64,000 bases of DNA from Camelus ferus. Taxonomy: Eukaryota. Position numbers and translations under genes: made by a program. Positions within the stretch are counted from its first letter, which is position 1; each line of letters opens with the position of its first letter. The notes beneath the pieces are model-generated. The model made no database searches, was not told the origin of the DNA, and saw nothing but the letters and a program-made list of their open reading frames with translations. The DNA is taken from the NCBI RefSeq assembly GCF_009834535.1, contig NC_045696.1:55244001-55308000 (forward strand), written 5' to 3'. Of the stretch, positions 39,285 through 51,400 are shown in pieces.

Positions 39285-40030
39285 GTCACGAAATCAGGAA
39301 CTACTCAACCAGAAAGAGATTTAATATAGAGAATTAAAGGTTTACACAACTGTTGTAAGGGTTGGGAATGACTCAAAGTTCAAGGAGGCCAGTGCTGGCT
39401 TTCAGAAAACCTAGACGGGCAAGAATCACAGTGAAGTGAAGTCACCGCTAATGATCTCCACTGCTTACAACACCAAAGAAGGTGATTCTCAGAATTCCTA
39501 GAAACCACTGACATGGCCCAGTGTCTACTATCTGCTGAGACCCACACCTGCCTTAGTAATTCATGACTTTTCTTTCCCTCTGGCTTCAAATCTTATACAA
39601 CAAGTACCTCTCATTAGCCAAATTCAGCACAGAACCTGCTGAGAAGGGAATCTGAGAAATGTAGTTCCAAAGAATCAGAAACATGGGATCACAGTTGGGA
39701 GGGGGGACGGGCTTGTTGTTGCTGTTTCAACGGGGCAGGGAGGCTCCTGAGTTGACAACAGAAACAGATATCCTGTGGGTGCTCAGTGAAGACGCATGAT
39801 CCCTGTGACAAAGTACAGCTCAGAAACAGTTTCCAGGAACACAGGAAGTGAGAGCTGAAGACAGTTTAGCAATCACGTGACCAGCTCCTCATCTGCAGAT
39901 AAGGAACAAGTGCCGAGAAAGGGGATGAGCATTTTCTCAGTTTATGGTGGTAACTACCAGCACAGCCAAACTATGATCTCAGACACCATTTAAGACCCTT
40001 TACACCACTAAGTGGCTGCATTCTGAGTTC

Positions 40031-40550
40031 TTTTCTTTTTTTCTTTTTAACATTTTTTTATTGAGTTATAGTCATTTTACAATGTTGTGTCAAATTCCAG
40101 TGTAGAGCACAATTTTTCAGTTATACATGAACGTACATATATTCATTGTCACATTTTTTTTTCGCTGTGAGCTACTACAAGATCTTGTATATATTTCCCT
40201 GTGCTATACAGTATAATCTTGTTTATCTATTCTGCATTTTGAAATCCCAGTCTGTCTTAACACCTTCATTGTGGTATAATTCCTGTACAGTAAACTACAC
40301 TAATTTCAGATGTACAATTTGATGAATTTTGATAGACGTAACACCAATGAAAGCACCACAACAATCAAGATAGCTAACATTTCTATCATTCTCTGAGAGG
40401 TGCAAATTTTGAATTCCCAATTTATCCTTTCCCACCTCCTTTACCTGCTGGTAACCATAAGTTTGTTCTTTATGTCCGTGAGTCTATTTCTGTTTTGTAG
40501 ATAAGTTCATTTGTGTCCTTTTTTTCAGATTCCACATATAAGTGATATAT
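40031..40550 (-). mobile_element. Composite of L1 3' ends: young camelid-type (40031-40256), older L1MB-like (40257-40400), artiodactyl-type (40401-40550)
   Basis: The first part is highly similar to the reverse complement of 51545-51750; the middle resembles a L1MB 3' tip (tgtacaatttgatgaattttga...caagatagctaacatttctatca); the last part reads ctggtaaccataagtttgttctttatgtccgtgagtctatttctgttttgtagataag...gattccacatataagtgata. Confidence 0.85.
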
Positions 40551-43500
40551 CTATCTCCACATCTTCTTTAAGGGCATAAGGTCTTCTCTCCCAAGCACCA
40601 TGCTCCTGGGCTCACCACCCTTCATCCTAGCAGCTGAACCACTCCTCCAGATAATACCCTCCCCACCATCTGCACATTAACAAAGCACACCCTGAAGATC
40701 ACGCACCCAAGATACATTACTTTCAGTGGGAGATCTTGGTATATGAATGATTCAGACACCCAAAGAGATCTCCTTCTCCAGTTTTCTTCCTTATTTCTTC
40801 TGTCTTCTAGCCTCTGCTTTAGGACCCAAGTCCTTTGATCCAGAAAAGAACATTCTCTCTTCTGAAGGAAAACTCACCTTCCATTTATCTATTCAAACAG
40901 ATCATGACTCGACAGCTGCCCTGGACTCTGCCCATAAAATCTCCCAAAATCAGGCCCTCCCTCCTCTCGGTCTCCAGTCATCCCCGTAAGCACCACAAGC
41001 CTTCCTCTGAGTCTTAAGTCCCCTTTTTTGTTCCCCTCACAAATCTGTTCCCATAGCTTCGCCCTCCTGGCTTGTTATCTCTGCCAGGATAAATATTAGC
41101 ACAGCAAACTATCCTATCTAAAACCCAATCATACTTCAATTTCTCTGATTTCAGATTAGAATAACTTAATCCTTTTGGAGAGAGAAAATATGGCAACATT
41201 TCTGCCCTTTGGTGATAAGAGGATTGTGATTTTCCCAGGCCTAAAGGAAGACTAAGAGGGCTCTGTTCAACCCGACTTCACCAGGCACCTGTCCCCACAA
41301 GCCCCTGGGAAGGTTCAAAGGAGCCTAAGGAAGAACAGACAGATGGGAAGCACCTGGTGATGCAATGCAAGACCAATTTTTCTGGAAAAATCAGGGCTGG
41401 ACCTCAAGCCCTATATCTAAAAATTAAGCACTTATTATCTTACCCCTGGATACATGGATGATCCTGTCTCTATGGCATGCGTGCAGAGACAGAGAAAGAT
41501 GGAAATGCCCAGGGTAAGACTAAGTTTAGCAACTAGTTTCGTGGCAGGAGGTCATGGAAGAGAGGACACAGGGCATGGGTGCCTGACAGGGGCCCCGCCG
41601 ACTGCTAAAGGCAGCTTAGAAACCTGGCCAGTCTGATTAGCTGCTCCTTGTCCTCAGGGCCAAAGCAGTAGCACCACGAAGACCCTCACCCACAGAGCAA
41701 AGGTCAGGGGTCCAGGTGAATGGACACCCTGAGTTTGGTCTTTGCCAGACACGCGTCCCTTCTCCTATGACATAAACCACCAAGTCTCCTCTTGTGCCAG
41801 GCACTTGCTGGGTGAAGGTGACTTGGCTGAACTCGGGATGAGTATGGAGCGCCTGCCAACACTTGTTCCTGATTCCTCTCCAGAACTTGTCCATTTCTGA
41901 ATAGAACAAACACCAAAATAGATAAAATTTCACAACTCTCTAACTGACAGGAAGGAAAAAAAAAGTCCCTGTTCAGCTTAAAATGGTTTTGCAGTAAGAG
42001 GCTCCAGAGAATTCTTGAAGAGATTGGCACTGGCCATGCGTAGGCCAGAATGTATGCTTTCCAATTATCTGACATCCTCTTCCAACACATCCAGGGCACT
42101 CTCTGCATCTCATTTGCATCGAATTCATTTTAGCACATATTGATTACTACTTTATTATTCCCTTTTCAATCCCAAACTTTCAGTAACAGAGGTTTATTAT
42201 ATTAAGTAATTCCTAGGCTTCTAAGCAAACTTTACTCCCCACTACCCTCCTCTCCACAATCCCTCCCCCACCACTGCACACACAGATGTATTCCTCGTTA
42301 CTACTCCTATTACTGGTAGGAAGTATTTCATATAAAATCATCAAAACCTAGACAGCTGCTGTCAGTCATAGAAAAGTGATCCTCAAACTTGCTGAGAAAA
42401 TAATAATATTCTTTTCTTCACACCCACCATTCCTGATGTCACGAGAATTGACTCTTTAATTTAACCCTCAATAAAATAATTCATGGTTTCCAGTATTGGC
42501 GATCAGTACCAGCAACAAGGAAATGTGCTGAGACTTTGATGGTAGGGTCAAAGGTAAAAAGCAGAGAAAAAGAAAATGAAGGTGGTAGAGAGAACTGGAC
42601 AGGGCAGGAGAGTAGAGGAAGAACACGGAACGAGATCAAGAGAAAGAATTGGAAGGGTCACATGATCTCTTCCCAGCCATCCCCTAAGGATGAGTGCTTC
42701 AGAGTCAACATGTTTGTCTGCCCCTGACAGACTTGCAGACAGATAGAAAGTGGCAGGTAACAGGATCCTGAAGATGCCAGCATTCCAAACAGGAAGAGAG
42801 ATCAAGGGACCAAGGTGCAGTCAACCTGATCCACATCATCTGAATGGTCACAGCCATTCAAATTTTAGTTTCTGAAACCTCACCAGTTATCCATGGCCCA
42901 TCTCCATTCCCATCTCCAGAATACATCTAGAATTCTGAAGTTTTGTTTTTTTTTTTTTAACCTAATGTCCTGTGCTGGCTGACCTACATGGAATTTTCCA
43001 CCATGCAGGGAGGACTCCCCACTGAGAGAGGATTACAGGTTCACACATAGAGGTTAACAACCACAGGGAAAGGCTAACGGTGCATCTGCTAGAATCTGCT
43101 GCATCTTTCATGCCCAGATTCCAGAGCTGAGACCAGAGGAGTGAGCAGATCTTAGGCTTTGCCAGACAGGTGAAAAATGAGCTGTGAACGGTCCCCTGCT
43201 GGAGGAGGCAAGGCCTTTGGTTAAATTATAACGGCACGGTTGATGTGATCTCAGGAGGAGGCTTGCCCTACTAATCCCTCAGGAGACAACTGTCCATGTA
43301 TAATGTCTCCACCTCATTAGAGCTTCAGTTCTTTTATTAAATATTGAGCACATCAGATGGTTCTCTTTGGTGTGGAGGAGCGGAGTCCTTGTTCTTGGAG
43401 GGGGACGCCGTGTATCCTCCTGAGAAAGTCCAGTTGGCCATGCTAATTGCTAACAGATTTCTCACACACTGTTATTTCTTCATTTGCCCAGGAAGTACAT

Positions 43501-44009
43501 GCTGCACCACAGGAGACGTGGGACAGAACTTTGTTGCTAGGAGTCTAAATGATAGTGGCAATTAATTATTCACACCAGTAAAAGGAAGAAATTTAATGAG
43601 CAGCCCAGCAACGGAATCTACTCCAGGAAGCTGAAGAAGATGAGGAAGACACAGAAAACCCTGGTCACTTAATCCATCACTGATCTTCAGGTGGGACCAT
43701 GTTCTATGGCAGAACCAGAAAGGACCTAGTCTAAGACCTTCATTTGCAGGTAATGTAACTGAAAACTGGAGGAAGGAAGTCATTTGCCCAAAACACAAAG
43801 GAAATGAATGGCCCTGGGCTCTTATCACGTGCTGTGTTCTAGGTATTTTGTATCTACGTGCTCTTTCAATACTATAAAGTAGGTTCCTTACAGTGAAGTT
43901 TGGCTGATTGCCAATTACAGTAATGCTGCCAGTAATAACCTCCTCATCTGGAAACTCACCTAAGAGAACTTTCCGCAGCTTAAACTTCTACAGCCTACTT
44001 GCCTTTTCC

Positions 44010-44313
44010 TTAAACACTGCTACTAAACCACTGGACGTCAGAGTCAAGAGGGACCCGCCAGAGTGAGCCCAGACACAGGTTTTTAATATGTCTATATATA
44101 GAGTACTGAGACCATAAGACAGGGGACAGAAAGAATCCAGTTAGATGAGACAAAGTGGGCAGCCTCCATATGATGCTATAACATTCTAGATTCATTATTT
44201 TTGTGGCCTCTGCTGCCTATACTTGAATGCCTACTATGAGCAAGCTCCAAAAAAATGTCTTTTCTTAAGCTAGCTTGAATGAGTTTCTGCTTCTTGCAAT
44301 CAAAATTTCCGTC
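44010..44313 (+). mobile_element. Old ERVL/MaLR LTR 3' part (LTR16/LTR33-like)
   Basis: Terminal motif cttaagctagcttgaatgagtttctgcttcttgcaatcaaaa. Confidence 0.5.
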
Positions 44314-44325
44314 AAAACTATCACG

Positions 44326-44706
44326 TCACATTAAGTGAAGTAAGTTAGACAAAGACAACTATCATACAATATCACTTATATGCAGAATCATAAAAAAAAA
44401 TTCTATTTATAAAACAAAAACACAGACATAGAAAACAAACTATGGTTACCAAAGGGAAAGGGTGAGGAGGGATAAATTAGGGGTTGGGGATTAACAGATA
44501 CAGGTTACTATATATAAAATAGATAAACAACAAGGACTTACTGTATAGCACAGGGAACTATATTCAATTTCTTGTAATAACACATAAGGAAAAGAATCTG
44601 AAAAGAAAAAACATATATATGTATGTATATGTATAACTGAATCATTTTGCTGTACACCTGAAACTAACATTGTAAATCAACTACACTTCAATAAAATTTT
44701 TTTTAA
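44326..44706 (+). mobile_element. 5'-truncated artiodactyl L1 3' end (L1_Art-like)
   Basis: taagtgaagtaagttagacaaagac...atggttaccaaagggaaaggg...actgtatagcacagggaactatattcaat...gctgtacacctgaaactaacattgtaaatcaactacacttcaataaa; TSD aaaactatcacg (44314-44325) / aaaactagcatg (44707-44718). Confidence 0.92.
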
Positions 44707-44919
44707 AAAACTAGCATGCACATGCATGTGCGTGTGTATTCATAGTACATGTGCTTAACCGAAGCATGCCAGGTCAAAGAGGTTCAACCAAGAAGTCAAG
44801 GAGAAGAGAACAGACTTGACTGAGGACTGGGAAGGTAAAATTTCTACCCTGTTTGGAGTCACATGGTATCTTCTGCTCCTGAACGAATAATAATGATCAT
44901 AAGTAATGTCAATTAATAC

Positions 44920-45160
44920 TAAAATAACATCTGGGCTCTTTCTATACGCTAGCTTCTAAGCGTTTTATATACACGCACTTACTTAACCCTGACAGCTCTG
45001 TAACACAGGTACTGTTCTTACCCTCATCTTGTAAGAGACGGGTTAAGTGACTAGTCCAATGTTCTCCAGTGAGTAAGTAGCAGAGCTAGGATCTGAGCTC
45101 AGGATAACTTCCCGGTCTACGGTCTAGGTGGCGGATGGCCATAGAGCCCCTAAGTTCCTC
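44920..45160 (-). mobile_element. MIR
   Basis: ggttaagtgactagtccaatgttctccagtgagtaagtagcagagctaggatctgagctcagg. Confidence 0.7.
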
Positions 45161-46849
45161 CTTCTTCTTAAAGGCCCACAAGCCCAACAAAAGGCTTTCA
45201 GAATTCCAGGAGGAAAAGGTGAGCATCAGCAAACAAATTGGCCTCCTATGTACTAGGCAAGTAGAGGGTTTAGGAGAAAACATCTGCAAAAGTAATTATT
45301 GCTTCAGTTTGTCGGATCTTGTGATTCAAACCACTGCCTCAGTTGGGAAATGACTCTGACTGCATTTTGATTTTGACCTCACTGTTAAGATCCATAGATC
45401 AGCATTGCAAACGTGTGAGCCATGAGTGAGAGGCCATGCTCAGTTTTCATGGAGACAATGAGTATTCATGGTTTGTGAGTTTGTGGATGCTAGCAGTATT
45501 TTGTATCACCAGTATGACCACATGTAGCCCTATGAAAAACAAGATAAAAATAAAGTTCGCAATTTTGAAAAACCCCTATGTTGTTTTCATTGTGAAGAAT
45601 TCAATGATTTTGTTTGTTTTCCATGCCAGAAACCCAAAATTAGCCTGCGAACTCATCCTGCAGTTCAAACCAATTCACTACTTAGAGCCAACCCACAATG
45701 ATCTGTTTTACCTTCTCTTAACTCTTGAGCAGAAAAGATGTAATTCTTTCCCTTCTCACTGGCAATAAAGCGACCATGTGGATCAGAAAGGAGGGATGGT
45801 TGCAATGAGCAGAAGACACAAGATGCACCAAGAAAGAGGCATCACTGGAGGTTATTCAAAAAAGAATCATAACCATCACAGGCAGAGCCGGATAGTCACA
45901 CAAAATACAAACTGCCTAAAGATAATAGATATCAGTTTGATGGAATCATCCCAAATTTTGTCTTAGGTTTGAAGACAAAAAAGAAAATATATCCAATTTA
46001 TCTGAGTTCAGGGTTTGAAGTATTGGCTCACAGCTGGTTTCCTGTGAAACCTGTTCAAAGGAATAATGTGATTTCCTGCCCATTAGGGATTGCCACCAGA
46101 TAATTCAGTTTCAGCCACCTAACAATACCTTATGACCCAGAGAATATAAAGGAGAGACAGTGCTGGGAAAGCAAGGCAGACGAAGGAGTGGTAGCCCTTT
46201 TGTAAAACACAGGACACATCAGCAGTTCCATCTTCAGCAAGAAGTACCAGAGAATAAGGAATCTGGAAACGTAGAGCCTGTGGATCCCTTTCCATTCCCT
46301 TCCTGTCCTTCATCTATTCCAAGGTGTTTTGAGAAACCAAGGCAATTGCTAAAGATTATCGAAATTACTCTAGTATTTGCTTAGAGTCTATATTCAAGAG
46401 GAAAAAAAATCCAGGCAGGGGAGAGAGAGAAGATAGAGCATGCACAAAGATTCTAGAAAGGCGAATAAGTCAAAATTTAGGAAAAGCAGCCCTGTGTCAA
46501 ACATAGCACTGACCTTTACACAGTGAGTTTTTAGTGATTCCCAGGGAACTCATTTAAAAACATTTACTTAACATGTCCAAAGTCCACTCATATCCTCTCA
46601 TTTCCCCCTCTGTTTGTTCCGATCCACGTAACATACAGACATCTTACGTTTTTTATTAGACTTTCTGATTTACAAAGCACTTTCCCATTCATTAGGTCTC
46701 CTGGTTCTTCAAGCAGTCCTACTGGTAGGAACCATTAGATGGGAACACTAAGTCTCACAAAGACTGAAACTTTTACCCAAGATGTGACAGATCTTTCTGG
46801 CTACATCTGTCCATATATGAACTCCCTCCCTTCTCTCTGCTGCTTTAGC

Positions 46850-47297
46850 TGCCAGAATCCATCCACCTCTTTTTAAATAATCAAATACAGCAATTCATCT
46901 GGGGAACTAGTCCCTCTTTTTCTCTCAATCCATGGGCTCCAAGTAGAGTTGACTCCATCCTGAGTGTTCTGACTCAGGTCTGTCCTACTGAATATCACAG
47001 GCCCTTGTGATGGGGGAATAACCCACTCAGGACTAAAGATGCAATTATACTTGGTTTTGTCTGCTGAAAGAAAGAGGCCATCTCTTTTCCACTGATAGCT
47101 ATCATATGGAACCTGACTTAGAACCAGCTCTGAAGGAGAAGAGGGCTGAGGGGTGGAGAACACCAGCTCTAGAAGGCATTTTATGAGCCCCTGGATCAAA
47201 CCACACATGGAAGGCAACCCCTGTCTTTTCAGTTAAGTAAAACAACCCATTCCTTTTTTCTCTTAAGCTAGTTTGAATTGGGTTTTCTCCCATTTGC
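46850..47297 (+). mobile_element. Old MaLR LTR (MLT1K-like)
   Basis: tgccagaatccatccacctc...gagcccctggatcaaaccacac...cttaagctagtttgaattgggttttct. Confidence 0.75.
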
Positions 47298-48243
47298 CCT
47301 CACTAATACATTACCCGATGCCTTGGGGATGTCCCTCTCCAAAATACTCCTCAAGACAGAGGATGATCTTTCCAGATAGAAGACTAGGACAGAAAAGGTC
47401 ACACAGTCAGGACTCCAACCTAAATATTCTATCACCTGGTATGGAGCTCTTTACCCCTGGCATCGGGATGCCTGGTACTTAAGACTTTTTTGTTATTGTT
47501 CTTGTTGGTAATTTTGGATACTTTATCTGTCCAAGTAGTCTCTAAGATATCTTAGGATGGAAACATGTTTTTATACAACATATGTAGTCTTCACAATGCC
47601 CTGAATATGGAAATAGCACATATTATTTTTTTCTATTTTACAAACAGTACATAGCACACATTATAAATAGTCAATTTTTTTTTTATTGAATTGGCAAAGG
47701 CAGTACAAAGGTGGTAGGGATGACATAGCAGTGGTCAGATGGCTAAATGATAAAAGAATGAAAATATAAAGTTAATCTTGGTGGTGTCCTTAATCTTGGT
47801 GGTGTCCTTAATAGTGGCGTTATGATTCAATGTAAGCTTTAAGAATTTTTTTCGAGAAAAGTAGAATGTAGTTAAAAGGTGGCAATGCCTTATACCGAAA
47901 ACTGAGAAAGCAACAGAATATAGCAGAGTCCTAACCCCACAGTAGGCCTTCAATAAACTTTTATAAAATCTAATCAATAGTTGGGCCCCCATCCAAGTTA
48001 CCTTGCCATGGAATAGACCCAGAGGTGCTTTCTTAATGATAATAAATAACCCTAAACATTTTTCCATGGTTTATTTTTTCATGTTTTATTCATATGTTAA
48101 TGAATAATAAAAATAGTAACAACTGTTTAGTCAAATATCTACTCTGTGCAAGACGCCAGACATATTTTGCATATATTATATCCAATACCTAAAATAAGCT
48201 GCAAAGTATGTACTATTATTGAGTTTTTAAAAATAAAAAAGAG

Positions 48244-48381
48244 GGGAGGGTATAGCTCAAGTGGTAGAGCATATGCTTAGCATACACAAGGTCGTGGGTT
48301 CAATCCCCAGTACCTCCACTGAAAAACCAAATAAATAAACAAACCTAATTATCCAACCTGCAAATTAAAAAAAAGGAAAAA
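48244..48381 (+). mobile_element. tRNA-derived camelid SINE (Vic-1-like) inserted in a MIR
   Basis: gggagggtatagctcaagtggtagagcatatgcttagcatacacaaggtcgtgggttcaatccccagtacctcc plus A-rich tail; perfect 17-bp direct repeat ttaaaaataaaaaagag at 48227-48243 and 48382-48398. Confidence 0.95.
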
Positions 48382-48414
48382 TTAAAAATAAAAAAGAGTA
48401 CCTTAAAGAATCTA

Positions 48415-51400
48415 AGTGGGAGTTCTGTTTGGGGAACCAGAAAACTGAATAAATCTCCTTACCAAAAATCACATAAAAATATGGGCTAAAATAATATATA
48501 AACATCTACAAAAGAGCTGAGCATATAACAAACTGAAAGAAAATTCCAAGGACCAAAAACAAAGAAGGATCTGAATCCACAGGAGTGTATGAGCTGCAGC
48601 TGCACAATCTGGGGGGTGGAAAGGATTCCTGGTATTTGTAACCCAAGTCCCTTGGATTTTATGCCCTGCCAGGGCCAAGAGATAAAGTAAGGCACAGAGT
48701 GGGAATTAAGTCACCTCCCATAAAACCAGGGACCTCACTGCGTTGTAAATTCAGTGAAAGGGTGAACTAAAAAACCCTATCCACTAGCACAGGGAAATAA
48801 CAGGAAAACTTTTTCTGTCATGGCCTGGTTGTGGGTGGGAAATAAATTAAAGTTTACCCTAAGAACCTGTAACCAGGAATGTGTCTCTGAGTGTGTTGAG
48901 TGTGAATTTACCACTCTCAAGCTAGAGGAACCATAAAAAATAGTTTCCAGCCTGTTAGTGCACCTGGAGCACCTGAAAGAAAAAAACAAACTTTCTAAAG
49001 GGACAAGTCCTCAGCCCAGGCCACCCAGGATTCAAATAGAAAAAGCACTGCTGAATTAGCTTATAATCCAAAATTGTAAAACAAATAAAGAAAATCTCCT
49101 CAGCAAACAAGAATCAGCCTATAAAACATATAGCAGATTAAACTCCTCTAAGATCTTCAAATGATGGAACTATCAGGGAAACTGCAAAATAAATATTTTA
49201 GATGGTTAATATAGATGGAATGGAAAATTACAAAAAAGGAACAAGAGATTATAAATGAATAATAGAAAAACCTGAAAAAGAATAAAGTGAAATATCTTAA
49301 TTTAGTGATTTAAATGAAAGGAAATAAACAAAAGACATAAAATTTTTATTTCTGAAGTTTGATGGTGAGTTCCCAAGCATTCATTACAGTATTTGCTGTA
49401 TCTTTTGTATGTCTAAACAAAATAAATTTTAAAAAGTAAAAAATTAAACAAACTCAGTGAATAGATTAAATAGATTAGATATATTGGAAGAAAGAATAAT
49501 GGACCTGAAAGTATTTATAAGGGAATTACCCAGAATTAAAGTTAGAAAACTGAAGAGATAAAAAATGTAAGATAGCGCTGAAGGGTACAGATGACAGAAG
49601 GAAAAGGCCCAACATGTATCTAATGGGAGTTGCAGAAAAAGAAAATAGAGAGAAATGGGAAATGTATTAGCTGAAAAGATAACAGCCAAGGATTTCCATG
49701 TACTGAAGAAAGACTTAATTCAGGATGCACAATTATTTATGAGCAGAGTAAGTAAAAATAAGTCCACATCTAGATACCCATTGTGAAACTCCACAACACC
49801 GGAGAAAAAATTTTAAAAGCATCCAGAGAGAAAACCCAGTATACATACATATGATAATTAGACAGTAAGAGATTTCTCAACAGCAACAATAGAAACAAGA
49901 AGATAAAGGAATAATATCTTTGAAATATTCAAAGAAAATAATGTCAACCTTGAATTCTTTACCAATCTAGATCACCATTCATAAGTCAGAGTGAAATAAA
50001 GACCATTTCAGGCACACTAACTCAAAGAGCTTTCCACTAAGAGATACTTGCTCTAAGTACCAGTAAAGAATGTACTTTAGGAAGGTTTCTCAATCCAAAA
50101 GGGAGGGCTGACATATATGAAAGAACAATGACCAAATAAAACTGCTAAAAACGTGGTTAATCTAGATAAGCATTAATTGCAAAATCAATAATAACAATGA
50201 TAATTGGTGAATATAAAACCAGACAAATCCTAAATATTGAACAATAAAACGTAAAAAGAGAGAGGACAAATAGATTCTTAGATTCTTGTAATGTTTAGGA
50301 GAAGACTAGAATCTTTCTTAAGCCAAACATGCATGTTAAAATGTTAAGTGTGACCTTTAAAAAATGAAAGCAGAAGGCATGCATTTCAAACAGTAGAAAA
50401 GGGAAAATGAATAAAATAACGACATAAGGAGGAAAAAAGCATAGAAAAAGCAAAGTCAAGAAAAGAACAAAATAAGACAGCAGAAATAAAGGCAATTATT
50501 TTATTAATCATGATAAATGTATCATATTATGCATGCTAGTTAAAGACAGATTGACAGAGTACAATTTAAAATACCTAGTAACAAGTTATTTATAGGAACA
50601 GATAATTCACAGAAAGCCAAACTATAAAACACATTAACACATAGAGAGATGCTCAACCTTATTAATACTGAGGGAAATGAAAGTTACAACAATAATGGTG
50701 TCACATTTCACAGCTATCAGATTGGAAAAACCTTAAAAGTTGAATGATTACCAGCTGTTATGAAGCAATGGCAACTTTCTTAAATAGTTGGTAGAAATAG
50801 AAATTGATACAATCACTTTGGGAAGATAGTTGGCAAAATCTAGTAAAGTTTAAGAAAAAATACATACCTTCAACCTTGCAAAAACTACTCCCAGGTAAAT
50901 GTCTTAGGGAAACTGTTACAAAAGTATACATGGATTTATATTCGGAAATACTTATTATAACCCAAATGTGTACTGATTAAAATGACTACAAGTAGCTGGA
51001 GAGGCTATGGAGAAAGGGGAACCCTGCTACACTGCTGGTGGGAATGCAGTTTGGTGCAGCCACTATGGAAAACAGTGTGGAGATTCCTCAAAAGACTAGG
51101 AATAGACTTACCATATGACCCAGGAATCCCACTCCTGGGCTTGTATCCAGAAGGAACCCTACTTCAGGATGACACCTGCACCCCAATGTTCATAGCAGCA
51201 CTATTTACAATAGCCAAAACATGGAAACAGCCTAAATGTCCATCAACAGGTGACTGGATAAAGAAGATGTGGTATGTTTATACAATGGAATACTACTCAG
51301 CCATAAAAACCAACAACATAATGCCATTTGCAGCAACATGGATGCTCCTGGAGAATGTCATTCTAAGTGAAGTAAGCCAGAAAGAGAAAGAAAAATACCA

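Larger units (their letters stand above)
33381..39775 (-). mobile_element. Ancient ERV-L provirus fossil with two diverged LTRs (3' LTR ~33381-33810; 5' LTR ~38850-39775)
   Basis: LTRs share ordered blocks (gtcaggaa..cag.a..cact; acacaa; tgctga.aag; gaaatgtagtt at 33747 and 39656); PPT-like accccttttc at 33811; PBS-like tggtaaag... next to the 5' LTR at ~38848; internal pol and dUTPase remnants. Confidence 0.85.

Noticed and set aside
43340..43560. Coding-looking GC-richer stretch (ORF 43344-43565 and the opposite strand)
   Set aside because: No recognisable peptide in either direction and no convincing acceptor-donor pair.
48244..48320. tRNA gene (also 4315-4390 and 52250-52330)
   Set aside because: A and B boxes are present, but A-rich tails, TSDs and three diverged copies indicate SINEs rather than functional tRNAs.
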